This document shows, one piece after another, positions 48,227 through 61,059 of a stretch of 64,000 bases of DNA. Each line of letters opens with the position of its first letter. Position 1 is the stretch's first letter. The position numbers and the translations under genes are program-made. The DNA comes from the human T2T-CHM13v2.0 reference genome, Homo sapiens, in NCBI RefSeq assembly GCF_009914755.1, contig NC_060926.1. One strand, 5' to 3'. Below the pieces are notes generated by a model, which saw nothing but the letters and a program-made list of their open reading frames with translations, did no database searches and was not told where the DNA came from.

Positions 48227-49614
48227 GTACCAAGCTAAGAAGTGATGAAGGTTCTTTGACTTTAAATTCCCATATGCTCCACTGTAATCTGGTGCCTACT
48301 AAACATGGAACCAAGCTCAATAGCCCTGCCCTCTGATCCTATTGGAATGCTCTTGACATCATCATGTTCCAGTGAAATTTACATTGCCATGGTTATTCAA
48401 GGGGAGCTGTATCCTTTACCTGACATTTAAGCAATCTACATATATTATTTCTAGCAATCATTAAAATATTTATTATTTTATATAAGATGCAGAGGAAATA
48501 AGTGTCTTGCCCAAGGAAAGATAGAAACTTTGCCTCTAGGAAAACATTTTAATTTATGTTTCTCTTTCTATACTTTTTTCTTTGTCCCTTATTGTACTAT
48601 CAGCTCGCTCTCTCACAAGAGAATGTGACTCTTCACAGTTGTCAGTGTCGATAAGTCAAACCTCTGACATGAGTCCATTTCCCTATTTGTCCAACATTGA
48701 GCCTAATGATACCAAGCCCAGAAACAATTAATACCACTCAGCTTTCCTTTTTTAAATTTTTTTGTGGAAGCTTGATGGGGTACATGACAGACCAGCAATT
48801 AAAAAAAAAAAAGGAAAATCTGCTCAAAAAAAGAGGATAAATCATTCTAGAAAAAAATTCAGCTAAAACTGAGCAATTTTTATAGCATTTAGAGGATTCT
48901 TTACTCTCATTAAACAGAGTATAAATGATCAAACTTGATGGATTTCTTGGAATGAAAAGTCATTTAATGGTTCTAAAAACATAAAAAAATCACATTATGT
49001 GCCACAAAGTACAAAAGGATATCCTTTTTAGTCTTTACTACCTTCAGAGAAAATCTTCTGATGCCTTCTACTGGGGCTTCCCAAGGCAATTTACCAAATC
49101 TGTGCAGAATCCCTTAACTCCTGCTTTCCCCATGGGTCCCAAATGAGCATCCAAGTAGTCGTCACAGTCTTATTGGCACCTGGGGGGCCTGGATGATGCT
49201 TGCCCAGGCTGAGGCGTGACCAAGCAGGGCCATAGCTCCTGGTGTCATTTCCTGCTGAGCACTTCACTGCAAATTATGCAGAGGGTCGATGGCTCTAGGA
49301 AGGCCTCTTGCTACCATCGAAGGCCTGAATACTAAATCAAATAACACTTTAGCATAATTTTCTAGTGACTTTTGGAATGAGGAGTGATATCAGGAACTTT
49401 CTTAAAACTCTCCTAACGAAATTTCACTAATAAGTTGCTGTATTAAACCTCTCCCTTGTGGTGTGATAACATTTTCTTGCCTTCTACTTCAGTCTTTAAA
49501 GCAAAGAAATATTTACTTTTTAAAACACTTTATCTCATCTTAACTAGCATGATTTAGGTATGACACTGTTTACTCTCACTCACTGGATTCTAAATCCTGA
49601 AGAGGAATGGAGAG

Positions 49615-49820
49615 AGGGCCATGATAGTTGAATATTATGTGCCAGGAGCTGTATGATCTTCATTTCTAATCCTCCGTGTATGAGGAGCTAAGTATCATTA
49701 TCCTCATTTTTAGATGAGGCAACAGAAGCTCAGATAGTTGAAATCCTTGCCCAAGATCAACAGTTGGAAAGTGGAGAGGCTGGGACCCAGCCCTGAGGGT
49801 GTCTGACCCAGACCTGGTAT
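49615..49820 (-). mobile_element. MIR
   Basis: attatcctcattttagatgaggcaacagaagctcaga...cttgcccaagatca. Confidence 0.8.
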
Positions 49821-51029
49821 CCTGCTCCCATTCTGCTGCCTCACCCCCTCGGCAGATAATGCTGCCTCCCTTGCTACAACCCATATGCCAGAGCGGTGAT
49901 CTGTGGTCTACTTTCACAGCATTTTGTTGTCTGATTTGTATTTTAACCTCTTTACTTCATTCCCATTGGATTATCATTGCAGAAATTTTGTCCCAGACAA
50001 GCTGAGTCTGGGATTCAGAGTCAGGCTCTATCACAGGAACTGGCTACCTCTGGCCTTCAGGCATCATTTTGCACAACAGAAAGAGGCCTGGAGGCAGAGG
50101 TGACCAGAGTGCAGGAGCACCTGAGAGACAAGTGGGGCTGCGGAGGGGACCCCAGGGCCTCTGTCCCACCAGCTCAGCCCCACTCAGAGGGCCTGAGTTC
50201 TGAGATGGAGAACCATTAATAGAAACTGAAGAAGTTTTTTTCATGAGGAAATGTGCAGGACACAGAACACACGCACTGTTGTTTCAGAGCCCAGGCGACC
50301 AAATGTGATACAGCAGGACAGACAAGATCAGCTTTGTAGCAGGGCCTGGGCATGGGGAAGCAGGTAGGGAGGGCAGGGGCCCATGACAGATGGAGCTGGA
50401 CAATGCTTCTTAGGTAGCGAAACAGCTTTCTTCAAGGCAGGGCCAGCGGACCAGGAGGAGGGGACCAGACAGGATTCACAGGGCCTGCAGGGAACCATGC
50501 CCAGGTGTGCATGCCATCCACAGGCCTCTTAGACAAACCAAAGACAGAGCAGGGGCTTTGTTGCTGAGCTACAGGACACAAGCCAGGAATTCTTGAAAAT
50601 CAATATTATTTTAACAGCATTTGCTGCCTCAAGCCAAAGAAATTCAGTTTGTGCAACTGAAGACACATGCCATGACTTTAGATGGGAGCATATTTTAATT
50701 TGTTTTAACTTAGGAAAAGGCTAAATTAAGTTTCATTATGATAATACCCCATCTGGAAACCACACAAATCACAGACTCAGGGGAAAATGCCATAGAAACT
50801 GGAATATGGGGAACAGTGTCCTAACAGGGCACCTTATAGCTACACTTAGTCTTCTCCAAAGATCTAGTGGGAAAAGAACTGTGAGCTGTGAGACCCCAAA
50901 CAATTCACTAAGTGCTACAGCATCTGGCACAGTACCAGGAGTACCCAATGTATAGAGGAAAGAAATGAAGACTGTAGTAATTCGCACGAGGATTTCTGCA
51001 AGTAACAAAGAGGCAGGGACTACCATTTA

Positions 51030-51363
<334 letters not shown>

Positions 51364-53761
51364 AAAGAAGTGACTTCTGACATTGTTACTTGGAATACGG
51401 CAGAGCTGGTCAAGCAGTATAGAGAGAAAGGTGAGATGCCACACATGGTACACTCTCCAATAAAAGCAAAACTTGTGGATACAGAAACAAGTAATTTCAG
51501 CTGTAACTTCAAAATCATGTCGTTATGAAAATCAAGAAAAATGGCAGTTGACTCTTTCAATCATCTTACAGTCACTGGCCATGCACTGATCATTTAGCAG
51601 TTAGTAGTGTGCAGGCTGTGGGGAGGGACCCAGCCCCATCCTCAGTGCACTCTAAGATGTGGGAGCAACTCTGCTGCATCGGTAAATGAAACAGGTCCTG
51701 CTAGGTGTGGGTGTAGCTGCCAACAAGGAATTAATACAAGTCTAAGAATTTATTCCGTGTGTAGCACAGAGCCAAATTCTATGGGAAACACTAAAGAAAT
51801 GTAGACATGGTGCCTGCCCTCAAAGGGATTACTGGATTGCCATCTACATGGGCACTTGCAGAGGAAATACACATAATTTTAAGTGCAATCTCTCGTCCAT
51901 AAAAGCAGCATGGAAATGGAAGCTCTCACTGAGGGTCATTTTAAAAGGCATTTAATCTTCCAAAATTTCAAAGTTATTATTTACAAAGAATGAAAAGTCT
52001 TCAGTCCATTAGATAGTTCTCTAGTCATATTGCCAGGACATTTGGCAGCTGCTAATATGATTTTAAAATCCTAGGTCTATATCCGACAGATAAACAGGAA
52101 AAGAGTAAGTCAGAAGAGCTAGAAATTCCTGGTCAGGGAAAGTAAAAATAAAAAAAAAAAAAAGGTGAAGCAGATTGGAAAATGAACTGTTCTCATGAAA
52201 AAGCACATTCTGAAGCAAGAAAGTTTCCCAAATGTTGCCAAGGTAAGTGAACAGTAATTTGGACCACAAAAACCAGATGTGCACAATATCACCAATTCCT
52301 CTGCGTCTTTTCCTCCTTTGCCACCGATACTGCACACCTTAAAAGTTTTCAACTTAAATCAGAGGACTTTTCTCATCAGAAAACACGTTGGATTTTATAC
52401 TACCAGAGAAAAGGAAAGGCTCACTCTATAGATACATTTTCTGGAACAAATTTATTCCATAAAGCAAGGGTACTTTGCCAAGTAAAAATTATTGGCCCAT
52501 TTATCTGTGATAAGCCTCATTTCATGGATCAATACAAGATAATCCAGAACACTTAAAGTTTTACAGAAACATCATCAATAATATGAAATTCTGGCCTCTC
52601 TTTGCTTAGGTCCTGGAGGGCAGGGAGGAAATCATCTTCAGTTCTATTCCCAGAATGTAAATTGGTGCTTGGAATATATTTGTTGAATGAATAAATGAAC
52701 TAATAAATGAATGATGGCAGTTAGGAGCAAATTCTACTTGGAGGTGAGCATTGAAAGCAAAGTCACAAATGGATGGATTTGCCCTCTACCATGCTGGGGG
52801 AGTTCCTGGGTTCTCTCTGTTGTCTTAGATCATGAACTCTCCTTATGATTCTAAAATTAAAGGCCTATGGCAATCTCTGGCAGGGTACCTGGTGGTACAA
52901 GAAAGGCTTTCCATGTTCTGAAAGGCTTATTTGCTCCACTAAGTTCCTGCCTTGGCAACTGCTTTCAGAAATATAAAAATAGGGCAAATTCCTCAACCCA
53001 GAGTCTCTTCCATGTTGTCTTGAGAAATTAGACAAAGAGTGGAGGACTAAGTAGCAAAGGGGCTTGTTGTACAGTTGCTGCAAAACACATTTTTTTTAAT
53101 CAAAGTCCTCAAAAAGTGCTGTCTGTGATCCAAAGGAACAAGGAGAGATATTGTTTCAGCCTTGGGAAGACTTCAGGGAAGAGGGCACTGCTCACCTGGG
53201 CCTTCACAGAAGCAATGAAATGACAGCATCAGCATCAGAGACACGGAAAGGACAGAGGGTGTGGAACTGGGGGAATGGCGTTTGAGGCCCTCTTCTACCA
53301 CTGTGTAGGGTTACTTCAATAACTTAGGGCTGGAACCAGGTTTTGTGGGCTAAGGTTTATACTATCTTGGTGCTTCATCTTCAAATAAAAAATACAAAAC
53401 GAAGTGTAAATGTGATTTTTTAAAGAATGAAAAAGGAAATCACAACAAATGACTGGAGCTGTGGACAGTCTGAACCCTTTTTCCCCTGAGATACCATAAG
53501 TGCTCACACAGAAATGCTCCCTGATGACGTCAGGCTTCCTCTCTCTACCTGGAACCCGCTGCAATTCTCAGTGGCTCCCAGTGGTCATAGGAGCTCACAC
53601 AAATGAATAGCCCGGAAGTGTATGCTTCATGGTACATTTGACTTACAGCAGCCTCTTAAATTCTTGATATTCTTATATGTAAAATTAGTCATATTTCTCA
53701 GAACATTGAATTTTATAAGAATTAGATGAAAGAGCATATGTGAAATTTTTGTTTGCTTGAA

Positions 53762-54135
53762 TGTTTTGTGGTAAGAACATTTAACGGGAGATCTATCCTC
53801 AACAAATTTTTAAGTACAGAATTCACATCTGTAGGCATTATGCTGTGTGGCAGATCTCTAAAACTAATTAATCTTGCATATCTGAAACATTATACCCACT
53901 GAACAAAAACAACCCATTTCCCCTGCCCCTAGTCCTTGGTAACCACCATTCTGCTCTCTGCTACTATGAGTTTGGCTTTCTTAGATTCCACAATTCCACA
54001 TATAAGTGAAATCATGCAGTATTTATCTATCGATGCCTTGCTTATCTCATGTAGCCTACTGTCCTCTAGGTTACTCCATGTTGTTGCAAATGACAGGATT
54101 TTCTTACTTTTTAAGGCTAAATAATATTCCGTTTT
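53762..54135 (-). mobile_element. L1MA9/10-like 3' end
   Basis: tgtggtaagaacatttaac...cagatctcta...ggtaaccaccattctgctctctg...ccacatataagtgaaatcatgcagtattt. Confidence 0.85.
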
Positions 54136-54976
54136 ATGAATTGTGCCAGAGAGCTAATGTCTTCTGAAAAGGCTGAGTGCATGTGTGCAATGTTTTTTGT
54201 GTAGTATAGTCCACACAGGAGCATGGGAAGCACTGGCATAGAGCACAAGGTGTGAATACAGAAGGCTAAAAAGGAGTCTGTGCTGGCTGGAAAAAAATAC
54301 TGTAAGAAGTTAGAAACAAGAACTTTATCCCAAGAGCTAATGAAATAGGGGGAAATGGAGAAATCAATGGTTACAGCATAGTGGTATAATTATAGGAAAA
54401 TTAATTTAGGAAATAGTTGTGACACATTATATTGTTGTCAGCCGGCAGTACTTTAGCTCAGATGCTAATGAAAACGTGCATCTGACATTGGAAATTGGAG
54501 AGCATGGCCTGCTAAGAATGGGGCTCTGGGCATGTGAGCTTTGATGGGGAGATGAGAAATGGTGAGAGGACATTCTAAAGATAGAAATGGTGGGCTTCTT
54601 ATACCTCTGTGCAGAACTCTTGGCTCCTGGAGGGCACTCAGTGGGAAAATGGCAGGGCACTCTTGGAGGGAGAGATCCAAGGGAAAGAGAAAAGCAAAGC
54701 CACAGACCCACAGCTGAGCTCATTCATTTGGGCAAGTTGTTGACCTTCCTAAGCACTAGAGCATCAGTTTCCTCATCTATAAAGTTGCTATATAATAAAT
54801 ACTGGCTTTCAAGTTAGCCAATCAGCCTATCTGTCTGTCTATCTATTTTGATAGATATACATGAGATTATGTCCAGACTCAGAGGCTTGAGACACTCATC
54901 CTTCAGTGATTCCGCATTTTGTGCTCATATTCTGTATTTGTTTCTGGTGGGTAAAAAGAAGTAAGGATGCCAAGAG

Positions 54977-55090
<114 letters not shown>

Positions 55091-58000
55091 AGATCACCCG
55101 AAGACATAAATACAGCCTTGGCTTGCTTTTGCTAACCTAGCTGATTTCTTGAAAGAAACTGTCCACATGAAAATCATGTCCTCACTCTTCCTCTTACAAA
55201 CAAAGGGATTTCTTTTCTCTGATCCTCTGGTTAGTCTGGGAAAGCATTTTAAGAGACAAACAGAACTTGTTTCTGAAGTATGTCCCATCACAGTTACATT
55301 CTTCATATTTCTGCATGGATTTTTAATGGACTTTGGAGTAGAGTATCTGAATGCTCAGCCAGACAATGGAGAAAATGTCTTTTTTAAAAAATCCCTTCTG
55401 AGATACTTTCAGAATGGCCCCATTCTTCTCTGTTAGACCCTTGGTCCCCAACTCATACACGGCTTCAGCGTTCACGTGTATTCAGACGTGACTGTCACCA
55501 AAATGGCATTTCCCTTTGGGTTCTACAAAATTTGTTTCAGCAGATTTTTCACCAAGGGATGTGTGGTTTCCAGCCCTGGATGTGAAATGGACCCTTGGAA
55601 CTGCTGGCAGATCTGGAATACGGCATGAAAGCTCCAGTGGATCCATGTCCCTTGCCAGTTTTGCTAAATGCCCAGGGCAAACACCACATGCTTTTCTCTC
55701 AAAGTCTTGAGGCCAGTGTGGAATGCATTTTAATTCAAATATCTAACAGAATGGTGAGGAGTTTCTATTTATGCTTTTTTTCTTCTTTTAAAAGGTTTAG
55801 AATCCAAGAAAACAGAATGTGCTTAATAATGAAAGGAAGCTGAGCCTCACAGAGAAGTTGGTGAATTGTGCTCACTCCTGGCCCCTTGAGAACAATGAAG
55901 AACAGGATTTCAGACTCTGCAAAGGAGATACAAAGTTTTGGGGTTTGGTTTAGTTTGGGCTTTTTTTTGGCATTTTCAGTTTCTATTTTTTATTTTTTGC
56001 TGTGAAGGTAAATTGCTCTGTGAAAGTATTAGAAGTGGCCTTTTGACAGCCAGATGGGACTGAAGTAAAATTTCCATTTTGGTCAAACTGGCTTCACACA
56101 CTATGCAATTTTCTTTATCCCCCAGTTTAAATTCAAGGCTCCTATAGTGATATCGCACTCAATCAAAGCCGGCAGGTTATTTCTATTAAAGTTTGGGGTT
56201 GAATGGAGACTAACTAGAATGGTGCTTCTATTGCTAATATTTCATTCCAGTGGCAGAATGCAATATCTTGGATGGAGTTAAGAAGATAAAATTTCGAGTT
56301 TGGCTGAAATTGAAAAACAGCTTGTTAGGTTAATTTGGCACATTTCAATAAAATCAACGTTTATTTTGATGGCCTCCCGAATTACAGAGCTCCCTAATTC
56401 CATGGTTGCTCCTGCCCATATGCACCTTCCTGAGGATCTTAATTATTGCTCTCTCAGGTTATCAGACCTGTTGGACACCAGGCTGAGAGGACAGCGGAGA
56501 TAGAGGCCATCGACCTGCCAATTCCCAGTTATTGTGCAGGACATAAATTCATTTTATTGAATAATCTCTGGGGAGAGGAAAAAAATACACGGTTCTGCTT
56601 TCCGCAAACTTCATTACCCTTCCAAACCTGTTTTGTTCAGTCCAAGTGTAATAAAAACTAATTCCCTGCAATCATACTGGCTTCTGTGAGAGCCAAGGCT
56701 GCTGCCAGGTGAGTTCCCAGGAAGATAAAGTAATAATTAATAAAGGTGCACATCTATGTATATATCAATTGCTGTTTCTTTTGGAAATAAAAGACAAAAA
56801 GTAAAGCATTAAGTCCTTTTAAAACAAGACTTCATATGTCAGAGGAACAGAAGATGCTTTTGGAGAGGGCTAAACTTAAAAAGCAAATTGAAGAGCTCTC
56901 AAAAGTGCATTTGCCAATATGAGCAAAATGAGTCCATCACTTTCATATGCACTCATTAATATTTAGAAAGCGTCATAAGCCTATAATATCTACAGGCTGG
57001 GCACTGTGGACAATATTGATATTAGGAGGTACAAATACTGAACTTGAACCTACTCCAGGACATATAACCTTGACTGTTCCAATGAAAAAACAGGCAGAGG
57101 GGGATGATTCAGAGCCAAAAACATGCTTGTATCAGTTTCAAAGTGCACTGTAAGTTCAGGGATCTGGAGCCTTGCGCTTGTTCTGCCCCTATTTAGCTGT
57201 AGGATGTGAGGCAACATTTGTAACCTCCCTCAGACGTTTTCTCCACTAGTGAAACAAAGGTAGAGTTTATATAGAGTGATCAAAACTTATAAGGACCTCC
57301 ACATGTTACATTTATAAGTTCTTAGCTAGAATAAGCACCATGAATAGTTCAAAGAAAGGCTTAACAAAGATTTCATAAAAAACTTTATGTCTGTGTAGAA
57401 AGGCAGGAACAGGCTGTTGAAGCAATGTGAAGGAAAGGAGGTAGCATGACAGCTGAAGGAAGTTCTGCAAAATTCAATCATACTTCCAAACCCTCCCTGC
57501 TGACCCTGAGCCAGGTGGCATCTTCTGGGCACCCAGTCTAAATGCAAGACTGCAAGAAAAGACTCCCCAAGAAGCCCATAGGTCTTAAGCTCTCAAAACC
57601 AAAATTTCTTTTCAAGGGACAAGGTCTTTCATTCCACAGTAACAATGACAGTAAGTACACGTAAGAGAGGAAAATGGAAGTTTCCTAAAGAGAGCAACCA
57701 TGCAGGAGGAACATCCACACAATCATTCAACAAAGAGACTGTGAACACCCACCCAGGGCCAGGGCAGTGCTAGGGCTGAGGCGTAACAGTGGCAAGGTAG
57801 GCACATTTCCTTGAGGGACTATAGAATTAAGCAAATTAACATGCAAGGAAATACAGAGTGGCAATAGAGTTAAGTGCTAAGAAGAATACTAGAATGCTAC
57901 TACAAGAGAATTAAAAGGAGACTCAGTTAAGAAACACTAGTATTCTCAATTTTATAATACTGGTAAAACCGTTTAGGATTTATTGAATACTTTATATCAT

Positions 58001-58309
58001 ACCCAATGTTAAACATTTTATGTTTACTTATTCTTTAAATCAACACTTTGAGATTCATGTAATCACTAAACCCATAAGAGTAGATAAAGAGACTGAGTTG
58101 AGGTATTAAGCAATTTATCCCAGGTAGGAAGTGGCAGACACAGAACTAGAGCAGGTCTGTTCAAATCCAAGCTGTATTCTTGTAATAAATGTATTACAGT
58201 TTTATCTGCCCTCTATTGAAATAACTTAGTTTTATTTATTTTTCCCTTACTGCCTATATTGATTGTAAAATTATACATTTCATTCTTATTTCCAAAATAA
58301 TTTCCTTTC

Positions 58310-58574
58310 ATTTTTAATTGACATTATTAAGGCATAATTTATATAAGATATAATACATTAATTATAAGAACAGAGTTTGATAAATTTTGACAAATCTGTG
58401 TAACCACCACCATAATCAAGACAATTAAACATTTGTATTACACCTAAAAACTCTTTGTACACTTTCTCAGCAAATCCCTTCTCTTCCCAGCTCTGAGCAA
58501 CCATGGCACTCCATTCTCTCATTACCCTTTAAATTTGGCTTTTTTTAGAGACGTGTATAAATGAAATCATACAG
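58310..58574 (-). mobile_element. Old L1M 3' end (host of Tigger1)
   Basis: aggcataatttatata...aattttgacaaat...gtgtaaccaccaccataatcaaga...tataaatgaaatcatacagta. Confidence 0.75.
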
Positions 58575-58576
58575 TA

Positions 58577-61057
58577 CAGGCATACGTCTGAAATATTGTG
58601 GGTTCAGCTCCAGCCCACTGCAATAAAGCCACCATCACAATAAAGTGTGTTACACAATTTTTTTCATTTCCTGGTGAGTACAGAGTTATGTTTATACTAC
58701 ATTGTAGTCTACTAAGTGGGCAATAGTATTGTCTAAAAAAAGTACATATCTAAATTAAAAATACCTTATTGCTAAAAAATGCTAAAGTTCATCTGAGCTT
58801 TCAGTGAGTTGTAATCTTTTGGCTGGTGGAGGGTCTTGCCCCATTGTTGATGGCCGCTGAGTGATCAGGGTGGTGATTGCTAAAGGTTGGGTGGCTGTGG
58901 CAATTTCTTAAAATAAGACAACAGTGAAGTTTGCCACATTGATTGACTCTTCCTTTCACGAAAGATACCTCTGCATCACACGATGCTGATTGACAGTACT
59001 TTACACACAGAACTTTCAAAATTGGAGTCAATCAACTCAAACCTGCCACTGCTTTAACAACTAAGTTTATGTAAATAAATCCTTTGTTGTCATTTCAACA
59101 ATGTTCATGGCATCTTATCAGGAATAGATTTATCTCAAGAAACCACTTCCTTTGCACATCCATAAGAAGCAGTACCTCATCTCTTCAAGTTTTATCATGA
59201 GATTGCAGCAATTAAGTTACACATTCAGGCTGTACTTCTAATTCTAGTTCTCTCACTATTTCTACCACATTTGCAGCAATCCCTCCACTGAAATCTTGAA
59301 CCCATCAAAGTTATTCATGAAGGTTGGAATCAACTTCTTTCAAACACCTGTTAATGTTGACATTTTGACCTCCTCCCATGAATCCTAAATGTTCCTAATG
59401 ACGTCTAGAAGTCTGAATCTTTTCCAGAAGGTTTTCAATTTACTGCGCCAAGTTCCATCAGAAAAATCATTATGTATGGCAGCTGTAGCCTTATGAAATG
59501 AATTTCTTAAATAATAAGACTTGAAAGTCAAAATTACTCCTTGATCCATGGGCTGTGGAATGAATGTTGTGTTAGAAGGAATAAAAACAACATTAATCTC
59601 CTCGTACACCTCCATCAAAGCTCTTGGGTGACCAGGTGCATTGTCAATAAGCAATTCACAATATATTATTATAATTATAATATTATATATTATACAGAAC
59701 TTCTTTCAAAATTGGAGTCAATCCACTCAAACTCTGCCACTACAAAATATTATTATTTTGAAAGGAATCCTATTTTTCTGAGCAGTATGTCTCAACAGTT
59801 GGCTTAAATATTCAATAAAACATCCTGTAAACCGATATGCTGTCAACTAAGCTATATTGTTCTGTTTATACAACATAAGCAAAGTAGATTTAGTGTAATT
59901 ATTTGGGGTCCTAGGACTTTTGGAATAGTAAAGGAGCATTGGTTTCAACTTAAAGTCACCAGCTGCATTAGCACCTTACAAAAGAGGTACCCTGTCCTTT
60001 GAAGCTTTGAAGCCAGGCATTGACTTCCCTCTCTAGCTGTGAGAGTCCTAGATGGATCTTCTTCCAATAGAATGTTGTTTCATCTACCTTGAAAAATCTG
60101 TTGTTTAATGTAGACTCCTTCATCAATTATTTTAGCTAGATCTTTTGAATAATTTGCTACAGCTTCTACATCAGCACTTGCAGCTTCACCATGTACTTTT
60201 ATGTTATGGAGATGGCTTCTTTCCTATAACTTTATGAATCAAATTCTGCCACCTTCAAAATTTTCTTCTGCACATTCCTCACCTCTCTCAGCCTTTATAG
60301 CTTCGTAAAACTGGAGAGTTACGGCCTTGCTCTAGATTAGGTTTTGGTTTAAAGCAATGTTGTGGTTGGTTTGATCTATTCAGATCACTACATCTTTTTC
60401 CATATTAGCAATACGGCAGTTTCACTTTCTTATTCATGTGTTTCACTGGAGTAGCATTTTTAATTTTCTTCAAAAACTTTTACTTCACATTCACAACTTT
60501 GCTCACAGTTTGTCATAAGAGGCCTAGATTTTGGCCTCTATTAACGTTTGACATTAATTCTTCACTGAGCTTGATCATTTGCATCTTTAGATTTAAAGTA
60601 AGAGATACATATTTTTCCTTTCATTTGAACACTTAGAGGTCATTGTAGGGTTGTTAATTGTCCTAATTTCAATATTGCTGTGTTTCAGGGAGTAGGGAGG
60701 TTTGAGGAGAAGGGAGGAGAAGAGAGAACAGCCAATGGATGGATCAATCGGAACACATGCGACTGTATCAATTAAGTTTGCCATCTCATGTGACTGCAGT
60801 TTGTGTTGTTACAAAATAATTATAATAGTAGCATTAAAGATCACTGACCACAGATCACCGTGACAGATATAAAAATAATAAATGATTTTCAATAGTGTGA
60901 GAATTATTAATATGTGACACAGAAACATGAAATGAGCACATGCTATTGGAAAAATTGTGCCAATAGACTTGCTCAATGCAAAAATACTACTGAGTTTCAA
61001 TTTGTAAATATCTGTGAAGGACAATAAAGCAAAGTGCTGTGAAACAAGGTATACCTG
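58577..61057 (-). mobile_element. Full-length Tigger1 (pogo-family DNA transposon) with decayed transposase
   Basis: Termini caggcatac... / ...aggtatacctg; TA on the left, TG on the right. ORF 59385-59654 carries the DDE-domain motifs LIDNAPGHP and QPMDQGVI. Confidence 0.95.
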
Positions 61058-61059
61058 TG

